The translations under genes were made by a program, and so were the position numbers. Under the pieces are notes generated by a model. That model searched no databases. It was given only the letters and a program-made list of their open reading frames with translations, and was not told where the DNA came from. A stretch of DNA of 64,000 nucleotides from Promethearchaeia archaeon. Lineage in GTDB: Archaea; Asgardarchaeota; Lokiarchaeia; Sigyniarchaeales; SOKP01. Where the stretch lies: assembly GCA_029856045.1 (NCBI GenBank), contig JAHQWG010000053.1:10021-74020 (forward strand). Reading direction: 5' to 3'. Shown here in pieces: positions 20,327-30,528 of this stretch. Each line of letters opens with the position of its first letter. Positions within the stretch are counted from its first letter, which is position 1.

Positions 20327-21493
20327 TTAAATCGGATATTTACCGCATTTTTGTACAGTCTCTTGCATTGCAAGAAAATTTTCTAATTTAATCGCTGGAT
20401 TAATACTATGTCCAGAACTTAAGATAAATCCTCCCCCAGGAGCAATCTCTTCAATTAATTTTCTGACATAATTGCGGATATATTCCGGATCTTTATTTGC
20501 AAGATCCATCGGACTTACATTTCCTATGAATGAAATTTTATCTCCATATTTTTGATTTAATTTGAAAATATTATATTCAGGATTAGCCGTTGTGGGCTCA
20601 AGAGGATGAATTGCATCTACACCACATTTAATAATATCCTCAAAAATTTGATAAACATCTCCACAACTATGTAAAATTAATTTTAACCCACCTTTATGAG
20701 CCGTTTTACAAATCTGTTCTAACCAAGGAAGCACATATTTTCGATAATTTCTAGGGCTCATTAATAATCCCGCTTTATACCCATAATCGTCACCAACCAG
20801 AATTGAGCCTGTTTCGCCCCAATCAATAATTCGTTTTACCATTTCAACAGCAAATTTTCCTCTATCATCAAATATTTTTTTCATTTGCTTTTGTCGAGCT
20901 AATAGTCTACTAAAGTTCTCCAATCCAAATCCTTGCCATGTTGGTTCCATCATTCCAAAAATACCTGGAATGAAATAAACTTTTTTATCATATTTCTTTT
21001 CCATTTCTTTTGACATTTTATAAACATTTTCTCTAACAGGATTATCAGGATCTAAAGGCGGAAATGATTCATAATCCTCAAAATCTTTCAAAGTTCCACC
21101 TATATAATAAAGAATATCCATATTATCGGAAGGATTTTTTTTAATATGTAAGAGTCTGCCAGTTTCATCTATAAATCCATTTTTGTCATAATAAAGAGGA
21201 TAATAACCTAACCATACTGAACCTAGGTCTAATCCGATTTTTTTATAAAGTTCCATTGCAGGTTTTACAGCAAGACCTGGTTTTGAAAACTTATTGCTTA
21301 TTTTTGTTAACAAATTTTTATTTCCAAGTAATAAATAATACATTCTCTTGAGTAATTTCCCTGTTCCTTGAAATCCATATTTAACGTTAAAGTGAGAACA
21401 TATTTCCAGATTATCTATCGATATTTCAAAAGTTGGAACACGATCTGGCTCTTCATGATTTATAGCTGTCAGCATTCTCTCTTGAGCATTCAT
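20327..21493 (-). CDS. Uroporphyrinogen decarboxylase / MtaA-CmuA methyltransferase family protein
   Basis: ERML.AI.HEEPDRVP, GDDYG, LHSCG, IGNV, GGGFILSSGHSI. Confidence 0.9.
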   Translation of the reverse strand: MNAQERMLTAINHEEPDRVPTFEISIDNLEICSHFNVKYGFQGTGKLLKRMYYLLLGNKNLLTKISNKFSKPGLAVKPAMELYKKIGLDLGSVWLGYYPLYYDKNGFIDETGRLLHIKKNPSDNMDILYYIGGTLKDFEDYESFPPLDPDNPVRENVYKMSKEMEKKYDKKVYFIPGIFGMMEPTWQGFGLENFSRLLARQKQMKKIFDDRGKFAVEMVKRIIDWGETGSILVGDDYGYKAGLLMSPRNYRKYVLPWLEQICKTAHKGGLKLILHSCGDVYQIFEDIIKCGVDAIHPLEPTTANPEYNIFKLNQKYGDKISFIGNVSPMDLANKDPEYIRNYVRKLIEEIAPGGGFILSSGHSINPAIKLENFLAMQETVQKCGKYPI

Positions 21494-21662
21494 ATTAATC
21501 TAATAAACAGCTATAATTATTTAATTTTTTATTAAAAAATCTAATACTTTATTGAGATAATAAATCGATTTTAATGTGATTATTTTGTAAATATTTATTT
21601 TATTTAGTCAATAAAGATTATTATAGAATTTATTCTAAAATAAAAATTTATAAGGATTTATC

Positions 21663-23054
21663 ATGAATAGAAAAGAAAGTAAAACAGGTAAAATTGCAGT
21701 GTTCTTTAGTTGCGGTCAATTATCAGACATAATATCGTATCAAGCTTTTACATTTTTAATATTTACTTTTTATTATTCCGTCATTGGAATTAATGTGGGT
21801 TTGATAACAATTGGTTTTATTATATGGTCAATTTGGAATAGTATAAACGATCCTGTATTAGGATATTTATCAGATAGGACACATACCAAATGGGGGCGTC
21901 GGATACCCTATATAATGATAGCATTAATCCCATTAGCGTTGATCATGTTTCTACTTTTTACTCCGCCAAAATCTATAGGGATAACTAATGAAATTTCTAA
22001 TTTTGTCTATTTTTTTATCATAATTATTGTTTTTGAACTATTCTATACAATGTATAGCTTAAATTTAACCTCCATGTTTCCTGAAACATTTATCTCTAAA
22101 GAAGAAAGGATAAAGGGTAATAATATAAGGCAAGTATTTAGCATAATTGGGTTAGTAATAGCTTTTATTTTACCAAGCTTATTCATTTCGGATTACTCAG
22201 ACCCTCAATATTTGAATCAATATCAATCTTTTGGAATAGTTATTATGATAATTGTTATTATTTTTGGAATAATTTTCTTAAAATTCGGTCCAAAAGAGAA
22301 ACCTGAATTTAAGGATGATTATAGAAATGCACCAGCCTTTATTAACTCTATAAAAACCAGCCTAAAGAGTAAATCTTTCATGTGGTACATTCCAGCAGAG
22401 ATTGCAAACTGGTTCGTCTACGGAATGCTTCCAACAATAGTTCCGCTTTACGGGAAGTTTGTATTACATATTGAAGATACATTGCTTATATCATTATTAT
22501 TAGGGTTAACTTTTATTTCGGCAGCGATATTTATTACAATCTTATGGAAACCAGTAGTTAAAAGGATAGGTAATAGAAAGGCGTGGATGATATCCATGTC
22601 AATTTGGATACTAACGCTTTTACCAATAATGTTTATTGATACTCTTATCCTTGGAATGATTGTATTCTTTCTGATAGGAATTGGTCTGTCTGGATCACTA
22701 TACATTATCGATTTAGTTGTTTCTGATATTATCGACGAAGACGAAATAAATACAAATATGCGTAGAGAAGCGAGCTATTACGGTGTTAACGCTTTATTCT
22801 TACGAATGACAACAGTATTAGTGTTCTTAGCCATAAGTTCAGTTTTTACGAGCGTTGGTTGGGCTGTATTTGAGCCAGAAAACATAACTCCAGAAATAAT
22901 ATTCGGATTAAGATCATTAATGTTTATCTTTCCAGCGATAGCTTTAGGAATTGCTATTTTATCAATATACAAGTACCCTTTAGATGGAGAGAAATTATCG
23001 CAACTAAAAAGGGAACTACAAATAATTCACGATAAGAAAAAATCATCACTATAA
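21663..23054 (+). CDS. MFS transporter, GPH family (paralog of 18847..20256)
   Basis: NDPVLGYLSDRTHTKWGRR; collinear with the upstream paralog. Confidence 0.92.
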   Translation: MNRKESKTGKIAVFFSCGQLSDIISYQAFTFLIFTFYYSVIGINVGLITIGFIIWSIWNSINDPVLGYLSDRTHTKWGRRIPYIMIALIPLALIMFLLFTPPKSIGITNEISNFVYFFIIIIVFELFYTMYSLNLTSMFPETFISKEERIKGNNIRQVFSIIGLVIAFILPSLFISDYSDPQYLNQYQSFGIVIMIIVIIFGIIFLKFGPKEKPEFKDDYRNAPAFINSIKTSLKSKSFMWYIPAEIANWFVYGMLPTIVPLYGKFVLHIEDTLLISLLLGLTFISAAIFITILWKPVVKRIGNRKAWMISMSIWILTLLPIMFIDTLILGMIVFFLIGIGLSGSLYIIDLVVSDIIDEDEINTNMRREASYYGVNALFLRMTTVLVFLAISSVFTSVGWAVFEPENITPEIIFGLRSLMFIFPAIALGIAILSIYKYPLDGEKLSQLKRELQIIHDKKKSSL

Positions 23055-23135
23055 TTTTTTAATTTTTTTTTTTCCCATTCAGATTTTTTCCTAATAAAAA
23101 ATAGATTTTTATAGAAAAATTAGGACTAGAAAATT

Positions 23136-23495
23136 ATGACTGAATTTCCAGAAAAAATTCTTGATGAGTTAGTAAATTTAAAATCTGAATTAAGAAAAAT
23201 TGAGAGTAAGTTAGACAATATAATTGAGAATGTTAAATCTTCAAGTGCAAAAGGTCCCAGTGTTACACCAACCATTGAAACTATTGAGATGAAAAAACCT
23301 TCACAAGTTGTTGAGGAACAAGAAGCTAAAGAAAAAATCGAAGAAAAACCAGTTGAGGGAAGAATTAAATGTCCCCAGTGTGGATCATTACAATTTTCTG
23401 AAGTCGAAGATAAAAGTAAAGTGTTATATTATCAAAGTGGTACACCAATATACGCTAAGAAAAAAATTTGTAGAAAATGCTCGACAGAATTTTAA
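23136..23495 (+). CDS. Coiled-coil + C-terminal zinc-ribbon protein
   Basis: Heptad-like N-terminus; CPQCG...CRKC. Confidence 0.75.
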   Translation: MTEFPEKILDELVNLKSELRKIESKLDNIIENVKSSSAKGPSVTPTIETIEMKKPSQVVEEQEAKEKIEEKPVEGRIKCPQCGSLQFSEVEDKSKVLYYQSGTPIYAKKKICRKCSTEF

Positions 23496-23569
23496 TAAAA
23501 TATCTTTTTATTTTATTTCTCTTTTAGATATACTTCAAATCTCAGAAATAAAGAATTTTTGGAAGTGTT

Positions 23570-23968
23570 TTAAGTTTTGATTGGCATATCTCTACTTGCT
23601 ATAACATTAATTCCTAAGTCATGAATATTTTTAATTAAGATATCCCCCACTTTAATAGGTGCCTTGACCTTAATACTTGAGATTTCTCTAATTATATCAA
23701 ACACAGATTCTTTAGGAATAGGGTTCTCCGTTCTTACTGGAATAATCGGTAAAAATCCATTCTCAACTCTCATTGTCGCTGTTATAATTCTTTGTGGTGC
23801 AGAAAACTCTTCTTTTGCATACTCCTCTCCCCTCTTACACCCAAAACCCCTAATCTTAACCTCTCCATCAACGTTTTCGACTGTGATCTCGCAACCAGTT
23901 GGACATACTGTACATCTAATAACTTTTTTATCTTCCGACATCTTATCTTCCTTACTACTTTCCGACAA
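23570..23968 (-). CDS. DUF1667 small CxxC protein (third subunit of GlpA-like operon)
   Basis: CTVCPTGC, GCKRGEEYA, PVRT, VKAPIKVGD. The true start may be the internal ATG at 23941. Confidence 0.85.
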   Translation of the reverse strand: MSESSKEDKMSEDKKVIRCTVCPTGCEITVENVDGEVKIRGFGCKRGEEYAKEEFSAPQRIITATMRVENGFLPIIPVRTENPIPKESVFDIIREISSIKVKAPIKVGDILIKNIHDLGINVIASRDMPIKT

Positions 23969-23971
23969 TAG

Positions 23972-25273
23972 TTATTCCACCTCATCAATAACTTCTAATA
24001 ATGACACAGGTAATACCTCAATTTTTAATTCTCTACAATTTGGAGAAATAACTTCAGATTTAAACTTTGTCCTGATTTCGATCATTTCGCTTGGAATTAC
24101 AAATGATCTTACTCTTTGATAAACAATTTTATTTACTTCTTTAATTACAATAATAACATCTCTATCGGGTTCTTTGACTCTTAAATGGAAATGCAAGAGA
24201 TTCTCTAAATTGGAAAAATTCACATAATCAGGTTTTACATATCCAACATTTATCCCGGGAACTATCTTAATAAGGTCTTTTTTAATTTGTTCCTTATTAG
24301 ATCTTTCTTTTATATATATAGCAGCATTTTCTCCTGCTCTTTTAGCTTCTGCAGAAACATTATCAACCAGATCATGAACTTGAAGAACATTTCCGCATGC
24401 AAAAATTCCGTCTATAGTTGTCTCTAAATAATTATCTACAACCGGACCTCCGTTAGTAGATAATTCTGCTCCTGCTTTAGTTGTTAATTCATTTTCAGGC
24501 AATAACCCAACTGATAAAAGTATCGAATCACATTCAATATATTCATCTGAACCTACAATCTGATCCCAGTTTTGATCTACACTGGAAATTGTAATACCTT
24601 CAACTCTATCTTTACCATGAATTTTTGTTATCGTATGATTTAAAATTAGAGGTATATTATAATCTTCCAAACATTGAACTTGATTTCTTATTAATCCACT
24701 TACATATGACTTAATTTCCACTACTGCTTTAACCTCACAACCCAACCAAGTTAATCTCCTTGCCATTATCATACCAATATCTCCTGACCCTAAAATTACA
24801 TAAGTTTTTCCAGGAAGATATCCTTCAATATTCACAAATCTTTGAGCTTGTCCGGCAGTATAAACTCCAGCTGGTCGAAAACCTGGAATATTAATAGCTC
24901 CTCTTGTCTTTTCTCTGCATCCCATTGCTAAAATAATTGCTTTAGCCTTAATTTTTAAAAGACCCTCTTTTTTATTTACTGCATAAATTTCTTTGTCCTC
25001 AGTAATTTCTATTACCATTGTATCAAGTTTATATGGAATTTTTAATTCCTTCACTTCATCAATAAACCTTTGAATATATTCAGGTCCTGTAATCTCTTCT
25101 TTAAATATTTTGAGACCAAAACCATTGTGAATACATTGTAATGTGATACCACCGAGCTCATCATTTCTTTCTAATATCAATACATCCATACCCTGTTTTT
25201 TAGCTTCAATTGCTGCTCCCAACCCTGCAGACCCTGCCCCAATAACTGCAATATCTACATCTAATGATTTCAC
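23972..25273 (-). CDS. NAD(P)/FAD-dependent oxidoreductase (thioredoxin reductase-like; GlpA-operon subunit)
   Basis: VIGAGSAG, LGGITLQCIHNGFG, AMGCRE, GSGDIG, ACGNVLQVHDLVD. GTGA overlap with the upstream gene. Confidence 0.9.
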   Translation of the reverse strand: MKSLDVDIAVIGAGSAGLGAAIEAKKQGMDVLILERNDELGGITLQCIHNGFGLKIFKEEITGPEYIQRFIDEVKELKIPYKLDTMVIEITEDKEIYAVNKKEGLLKIKAKAIILAMGCREKTRGAINIPGFRPAGVYTAGQAQRFVNIEGYLPGKTYVILGSGDIGMIMARRLTWLGCEVKAVVEIKSYVSGLIRNQVQCLEDYNIPLILNHTITKIHGKDRVEGITISSVDQNWDQIVGSDEYIECDSILLSVGLLPENELTTKAGAELSTNGGPVVDNYLETTIDGIFACGNVLQVHDLVDNVSAEAKRAGENAAIYIKERSNKEQIKKDLIKIVPGINVGYVKPDYVNFSNLENLLHFHLRVKEPDRDVIIVIKEVNKIVYQRVRSFVIPSEMIEIRTKFKSEVISPNCRELKIEVLPVSLLEVIDEVE

Positions 25274-26754
25274 TTTTCTGTAACCCCCTTTGATTCTTTT
25301 TTATCTTCTGTTAACTCTATACATAGCACATTATTTATTAAATAATGAGATCCTTTTCCTCTTTTAGTTACTTCCTTGTAAGGTATATTCAATTCTCGAG
25401 ATAAAATTTCCATTACTCTTGGCTTACAAAAACCACCTTGACACCGTCCCATTCCAGCGCGACATCTAAACTTAATTCCATCAACTGTTGTCGCTCCTAC
25501 AGGACTATGAATTGCATTAACAATTTCTGCTTCAGGAATGGTCTCACACCTGCAAATAATTCGTCCCCATGCAGGATTTTCCTTAATTTTTTGGTTGAGT
25601 TTCATTTTAGTAAAATCCGAAAGATGTTCTGGTTTTGGTCTATATGAGTTATAATTCTCTTTTTCCTTCAATTCTTCACCTAAATCTTCGACTAAAATTC
25701 TCACAACTTCTTCTGCAATTGCAAATATGGCTGTAAGTCCCGGAGATAAAATTCCCGCAGCATTTACAAAACCAACCATCTCTGTCGCTTCTATGATGAA
25801 ATCCATTGTATTTGAAACCGCACGTAATCCCGCAAAATTACGAATTGCTGCATTTAATGGTAAATTAGGAACAAGCTTTAACCCCCCTGATAATATCTCC
25901 TTAAGCCCTCTAATTGTTGTAGATACATCCTCAATATCTAGAATATTATCTGCATTTGGACCAATAAATACATGACCATGAATAGTTGGTGATACTAAGA
26001 TACCCTTAGATAACCTTGTTGGCATCGGAAATAGAACTTTATTAAGATGAATTGAATTTTTATCAAATAAAATATACTCCCCTCGTCGTGGATATATCTC
26101 AAAAGTATCAGCCCCGGCCATTCTTGAAATTTCAGCGGAATATAAACCTGCTGCATTAATTACAATCCTAGAAGTAAATTTCCTGGGTTTTGTTTTTACT
26201 TCAAAACCTGCGACTATTTTATTTATACCAATAACTTCATGCTCTCTAAAAAATTCAACTCCGTTCATATTCGCATTTTCGGCTAATGCAAATGTAAATT
26301 CGTAAGGACTTATAATTCCTCCACTTGGGGCATGAAGAACGGCTATTGCTTTATCTGTTAGTTGAGGTTCTATTTGTTTAATTCGGTTTTTATCAATAAT
26401 AATTTCTAAACCTGGAACACCATCTTCTGTACCATAATTTCTTTTATATACTAAATCTTTAATTTGTCTTTCTTCAAGTGCAACTACTAATGTTCCTATC
26501 CTTTTAAAGGGAAAATTTAATTCCTTATACGCCTGATCGAACAATTTATTCCCACGAATGCAAAATTCCCTCTTTTTATATTTTCGATCTGCTGCATAAC
26601 CCGCATGAACAACACCAGAATTACCTTTAGTCGTTCCTGATGCTATATCAGCCTCTTTCTCTAAAAGACAAATCTTTAAATCATAACGAGAAAGGGTTCT
26701 AGCTATACAACACCCAGTAACTCCCCCACCAATAATAATTACATCATAATCCAT
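25270..26754 (-). CDS. FAD-dependent oxidoreductase with BFD-like [2Fe-2S] domain (glycerol-3-phosphate dehydrogenase GlpA-like / LhgO family)
   Basis: IIGGGVTG, NSGVVHAG, SPGLT, ICRCE...RAGMGRCQGGFC. Confidence 0.88.
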   Translation of the reverse strand: MDYDVIIIGGGVTGCCIARTLSRYDLKICLLEKEADIASGTTKGNSGVVHAGYAADRKYKKREFCIRGNKLFDQAYKELNFPFKRIGTLVVALEERQIKDLVYKRNYGTEDGVPGLEIIIDKNRIKQIEPQLTDKAIAVLHAPSGGIISPYEFTFALAENANMNGVEFFREHEVIGINKIVAGFEVKTKPRKFTSRIVINAAGLYSAEISRMAGADTFEIYPRRGEYILFDKNSIHLNKVLFPMPTRLSKGILVSPTIHGHVFIGPNADNILDIEDVSTTIRGLKEILSGGLKLVPNLPLNAAIRNFAGLRAVSNTMDFIIEATEMVGFVNAAGILSPGLTAIFAIAEEVVRILVEDLGEELKEKENYNSYRPKPEHLSDFTKMKLNQKIKENPAWGRIICRCETIPEAEIVNAIHSPVGATTVDGIKFRCRAGMGRCQGGFCKPRVMEILSRELNIPYKEVTKRGKGSHYLINNVLCIELTEDKKESKGVTEK

Positions 26755-26958
26755 TAAATTCAGTTCCGAAAAATTATTTTTACAAAATCAAATTCATTGA
26801 TAATAATCTTAATTTAAATAAATAAAAGCAATTAAAAATCCTTTACTTTAATTGGGATTCCCTAAGAAGTTAATTATAATATTCCCTTAATAAAAATTTG
26901 CTAAATAATATTAAAAAAAACACTTGAATGTCGAGATCAAATAGGTTAAAAGCCAAAT

Positions 26959-27309
26959 TTAAAATAAAATTAAAAATAACATTGTTATATTAAAAATACA
27001 CCACAATATGAGTAAAGCTTTAACTAAAGGATTGAATAATATCCAATTCCCCTTTTTTACAATATTGTAATAAAAAATACGACTTTTTAAAATCCCCATA
27101 ATAGAATTTGATGTATTAAAATGGTCTCTTTTACTAAAATTACTCCCTAAAAATCTTGGACTCGATAAATTTTTAATAAAATTATCAATATCTATTGTGG
27201 ATGATAAATCAAGATCCCTAGAAACCTTTAATTCATTTACATCTTTAATAATTCCTAACTTATCAAAAATTTTTTTGTTCCTAATGTAAAAATCTTCAAA
27301 AATTCTCAT
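26959..27309 (-). CDS. Hypothetical protein with C-terminal TM helix
   Basis: ATG ORF with a hydrophobic tail. Confidence 0.5.
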   Translation of the reverse strand: MRIFEDFYIRNKKIFDKLGIIKDVNELKVSRDLDLSSTIDIDNFIKNLSSPRFLGSNFSKRDHFNTSNSIMGILKSRIFYYNIVKKGNWILFNPLVKALLILWCIFNITMLFLILF

Positions 27310-27542
27310 ATTTTTAATATTAAAGATTTAGTGTTTCTTAATATATTCTATTTTATTATAAACAAATCATTGTATAAATTTTTTATTACTTCAAAAAAAA
27401 ATAAGAAACGTAAATAATGGAATTTTTCATTATCTCTTACTAAATAGATGATTCAACAATTTATAAAATAACAGGGGAAATTAAAAATATCCTTGATATT
27501 ATAAAAATAAGTTTAAAAAAGAACATTTATTCATATTTAATC

Positions 27543-27959
27543 ATGCCTAGCCTATTAGATACTATATTAGATATTTTTGAAGTAAAAAATATAGAGAAAA
27601 TTGATCAAGAAGAATTAATCGAGAACCTAAGTTATGCAGGCGATGTAATCCAAGAAAATCTGGAAGAAAGTATGCAAAAAGATAAATCCCTTAAACTCTC
27701 CGATGATATCTTATATTGTGTGAATGGTGATGTGTGGGAAGAAAATAATAAGCTCTATTTGGAACTCGATCTTAGTAGAGAAGATACTTCCACCGAAGAT
27801 GAAGATGAAGCATCTAAACCAGTTTTCGCTTCCGGAACTCCAATAGAGATCTGTAAAATTTCATCAGATATGAAAAATGCAGAAATCATCCAAAAAGTCC
27901 AAGAAAAAATTGATGAATTTCAAGAAAAATTCCTAAACCTTATTAAAGCTACAAAATAG
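27543..27959 (+). CDS. Acidic hypothetical protein
   Basis: 138-aa ATG ORF followed by a T-tract. Confidence 0.65.
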   Translation: MPSLLDTILDIFEVKNIEKIDQEELIENLSYAGDVIQENLEESMQKDKSLKLSDDILYCVNGDVWEENNKLYLELDLSREDTSTEDEDEASKPVFASGTPIEICKISSDMKNAEIIQKVQEKIDEFQEKFLNLIKATK

Positions 27960-28033
27960 TTATTTTCCTTTATTATTTTTTTTTATTTTCAAAAAAAGTA
28001 ATTTAAATTGAAATCTAAAGAATAAGTCTTATT

Positions 28034-28240
28034 TTAATCATCCCCAGATACTTTCACTGGCGATTTTGATTCAATTTTCTGAACATTTGTGTAAAAATCC
28101 TTAACCTCACTTAACTCCGTTGTTACAATCGTATGCCTTGCGTGGTCTTTTTCAAACTTATTTACTATCTGAGAACTTAAGAAATTATCTGGATGAATTA
28201 GTACATACTGTTTACACTTTAAACAAGCACGTACTCGAAT
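28034..28240 (-). CDS. Small CxxC...HxxH (putative Zn-binding) protein, ATT start; missed by the ORF track
   Basis: (I)RVRACLKCKQYVLIHPDNFLSSQIVNKFEKDHARHTIVTTELSEVKDFYTNVQKIESKSPVKVSGDD*. GAGGT SD 7 nt upstream. Confidence 0.7.
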   Translation of the reverse strand: MRVRACLKCKQYVLIHPDNFLSSQIVNKFEKDHARHTIVTTELSEVKDFYTNVQKIESKSPVKVSGDD

Positions 28241-28356
28241 CTTAATTACCTCAATATAATTTTTTTAATTACACTATTAAATATCATAAATTAAAAGGAA
28301 ATAAATGTTTTGTGTCTTTAAAATTTGAAATACTATCACGAACAATTCGTTTGATT

Positions 28357-30378
28357 TTAAGATTTATTTCTAATTTTTACACTTTTAGATTTAATAATTC
28401 GAGAGTTCAATAAATCTATTACTGCTTTATAAACTTCTACTTTCTGTTCATTGTTCAAATTCAAAAACTCATAGAAAAAGTTATCTAATTTATATCGTAA
28501 GGGCTTAATTTGATTTAAAGTAACTGGTTCAGTCTTTTTTATTCCAATTTCATTATATATTGTATCAATAGGTGTGTCACACAACTTTTTAAATATCTCC
28601 TTTAATTTTTTGTAATCTTCATTTGAAATTTTATCTGGATTAATTGTCAATAACCGTCTTGCCAGAAATTCGCTGAGTTCCGCTACGGTTACCGAACCCG
28701 TAAGTTCATAGCCGGCGAGTTCATAAAAAAACCGCCCTAAAGTCGAATTCAAAAAAGAAAGTGTAATAGTTATCGCTCGCTCTGTATCTATTGCAATCTC
28801 ATATAACGTTTGGTCGCTATAGATCTCCTTATTATTAAAATAAACATAGAATTTTTCCCCCATTCGTTTAGGAAACAAAATTTGATATGGTTTCCGAACC
28901 CCCAAATCATACCAACGTTGTCGATTCTTCATTGTTCTACGATTATGGAAGCCTTGAGATTCTCCCCATTTGATATAATTCAAGATTCCCTTCTTTAAAT
29001 TTTGCTTATTATCGTGAATTATAAGAACAACTTGATTTAATGACTCCGGTTTAATTTTAACATAATCACTTTCTCTTGGACTTTTAATTAAATAATTTGG
29101 AACCCAATCATTTGACTTCTTATGCATCCAATACTCCTTCTCTATACTAAATCTCAACTGATTTGACTTTAAATCATATAATAATAAATCCATTGTGTTA
29201 GGGTCTTTCTCAGTGTAAAAATTCCGATTCTTTTTACCCGGCGCTGGAATATAAAAAAATTGATTGGCTCCAGTAGTAAAGCCCCGCCTAAATGTGCCTA
29301 TTTCTTTTAACGGAACCAAAAACTCTTTTCCTTTTTCCAATAAAATAAAATAAATATCAGGCGCTCTCAGAAATATATCCCACTTTGAACCTATATATTT
29401 GCCAACTTCTTTATCATAACCGCGATTCCAGAGATCTCCCTGGTTAATTGGGAAGATTCTAATATTATATTGCATATCAACCTTATAATTATCCAAATCG
29501 TTAATATAATTCCAAAATGCATCATTCATTTGCCATCGTTCATTTTCACCCAAATCTTCACGTTTGTCAAAATTTGTAAATTTACATAAAATGTTTGTTA
29601 ATTTATCCCGTAATTGTATAAATTTCACAATATTACTCGAACGTTCCGATTCATTGGAACACTTCTCCAATATTATAATTATCGTATCAACTTCTGCAAA
29701 CTCAAAAAATCGCTCCACCTTCGAACCAACAATTGCCTTTATTTTGAAATTTTTTAATAAAAATTCCTGTAATTGCGTCCCATAATCAACATTGAGCCAT
29801 AAATTAGGCGTAATATAACCCATAACACCAAAATCTTTTAAGAAAATACTACTATGATAAATGAAATAAGCATATAGACTGGTCCGCTTATTTATCGAAA
29901 TAATATGATCTAACTCATCCTCAATTTGCAGTATTAATTGTTCTTTATATTTCATTCCCATTGAATGATTTATTTGTTCTTGGCGTGTAAAAGGTGGGTT
30001 TGCAACTAATACGTCAAATTTTGGCATCATAATTTGCTTATTATGCATTATTTTATGAAGAAAATAATTATTTTTTAATAATTGACCTGGCTTAATTGAA
30101 AAAAAATCACCTTTTATAAGATAAGGAAAAAAGTTACTTTCATCTAAAAATAATGACGAAGGTGAAATATCAATTCCCCAAATTTTATTTTGAAAATCCT
30201 CTTGTTTCTCATTCTTTTTACTTAAATATTTTAACCGAGAATTCGCCCTTATTATAAAAATACCTTCCCCAAAACCAGGATCTAAAATTTGTTGATTTGT
30301 TCTAAATAAAATTGAGCTTAAAATTAAATCAACAACATCAGGTTGAGTAAAAAAAAGTCCGTAATTTTTTTTTTTCAT
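28357..30378 (-). CDS. N6-adenine DNA methyltransferase (Eco57I/type IIG-like MTase + target recognition domain), solitary
   Basis: GLFFT.PDVV, ILDPGFGEG (motif I), VANPPF (motif IV), WLNVDYG, RRGFTTGANQFF. Confidence 0.85.
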   Translation of the reverse strand: MKKKNYGLFFTQPDVVDLILSSILFRTNQQILDPGFGEGIFIIRANSRLKYLSKKNEKQEDFQNKIWGIDISPSSLFLDESNFFPYLIKGDFFSIKPGQLLKNNYFLHKIMHNKQIMMPKFDVLVANPPFTRQEQINHSMGMKYKEQLILQIEDELDHIISINKRTSLYAYFIYHSSIFLKDFGVMGYITPNLWLNVDYGTQLQEFLLKNFKIKAIVGSKVERFFEFAEVDTIIIILEKCSNESERSSNIVKFIQLRDKLTNILCKFTNFDKREDLGENERWQMNDAFWNYINDLDNYKVDMQYNIRIFPINQGDLWNRGYDKEVGKYIGSKWDIFLRAPDIYFILLEKGKEFLVPLKEIGTFRRGFTTGANQFFYIPAPGKKNRNFYTEKDPNTMDLLLYDLKSNQLRFSIEKEYWMHKKSNDWVPNYLIKSPRESDYVKIKPESLNQVVLIIHDNKQNLKKGILNYIKWGESQGFHNRRTMKNRQRWYDLGVRKPYQILFPKRMGEKFYVYFNNKEIYSDQTLYEIAIDTERAITITLSFLNSTLGRFFYELAGYELTGSVTVAELSEFLARRLLTINPDKISNEDYKKLKEIFKKLCDTPIDTIYNEIGIKKTEPVTLNQIKPLRYKLDNFFYEFLNLNNEQKVEVYKAVIDLLNSRIIKSKSVKIRNKS

Positions 30379-30528
30379 ACAATTTCTGTTAGATTTTTTA
30401 ATTTCTACTAATTTTAATTATTTATTTTAAAAATTTATATTTAATATTGTTAAGTAAATATTAGAGATTCTCATTTTATTATTGGTTTTTATGCTAGCTA
30501 ATACTACAGATGAATGTCTAACTCTTTA

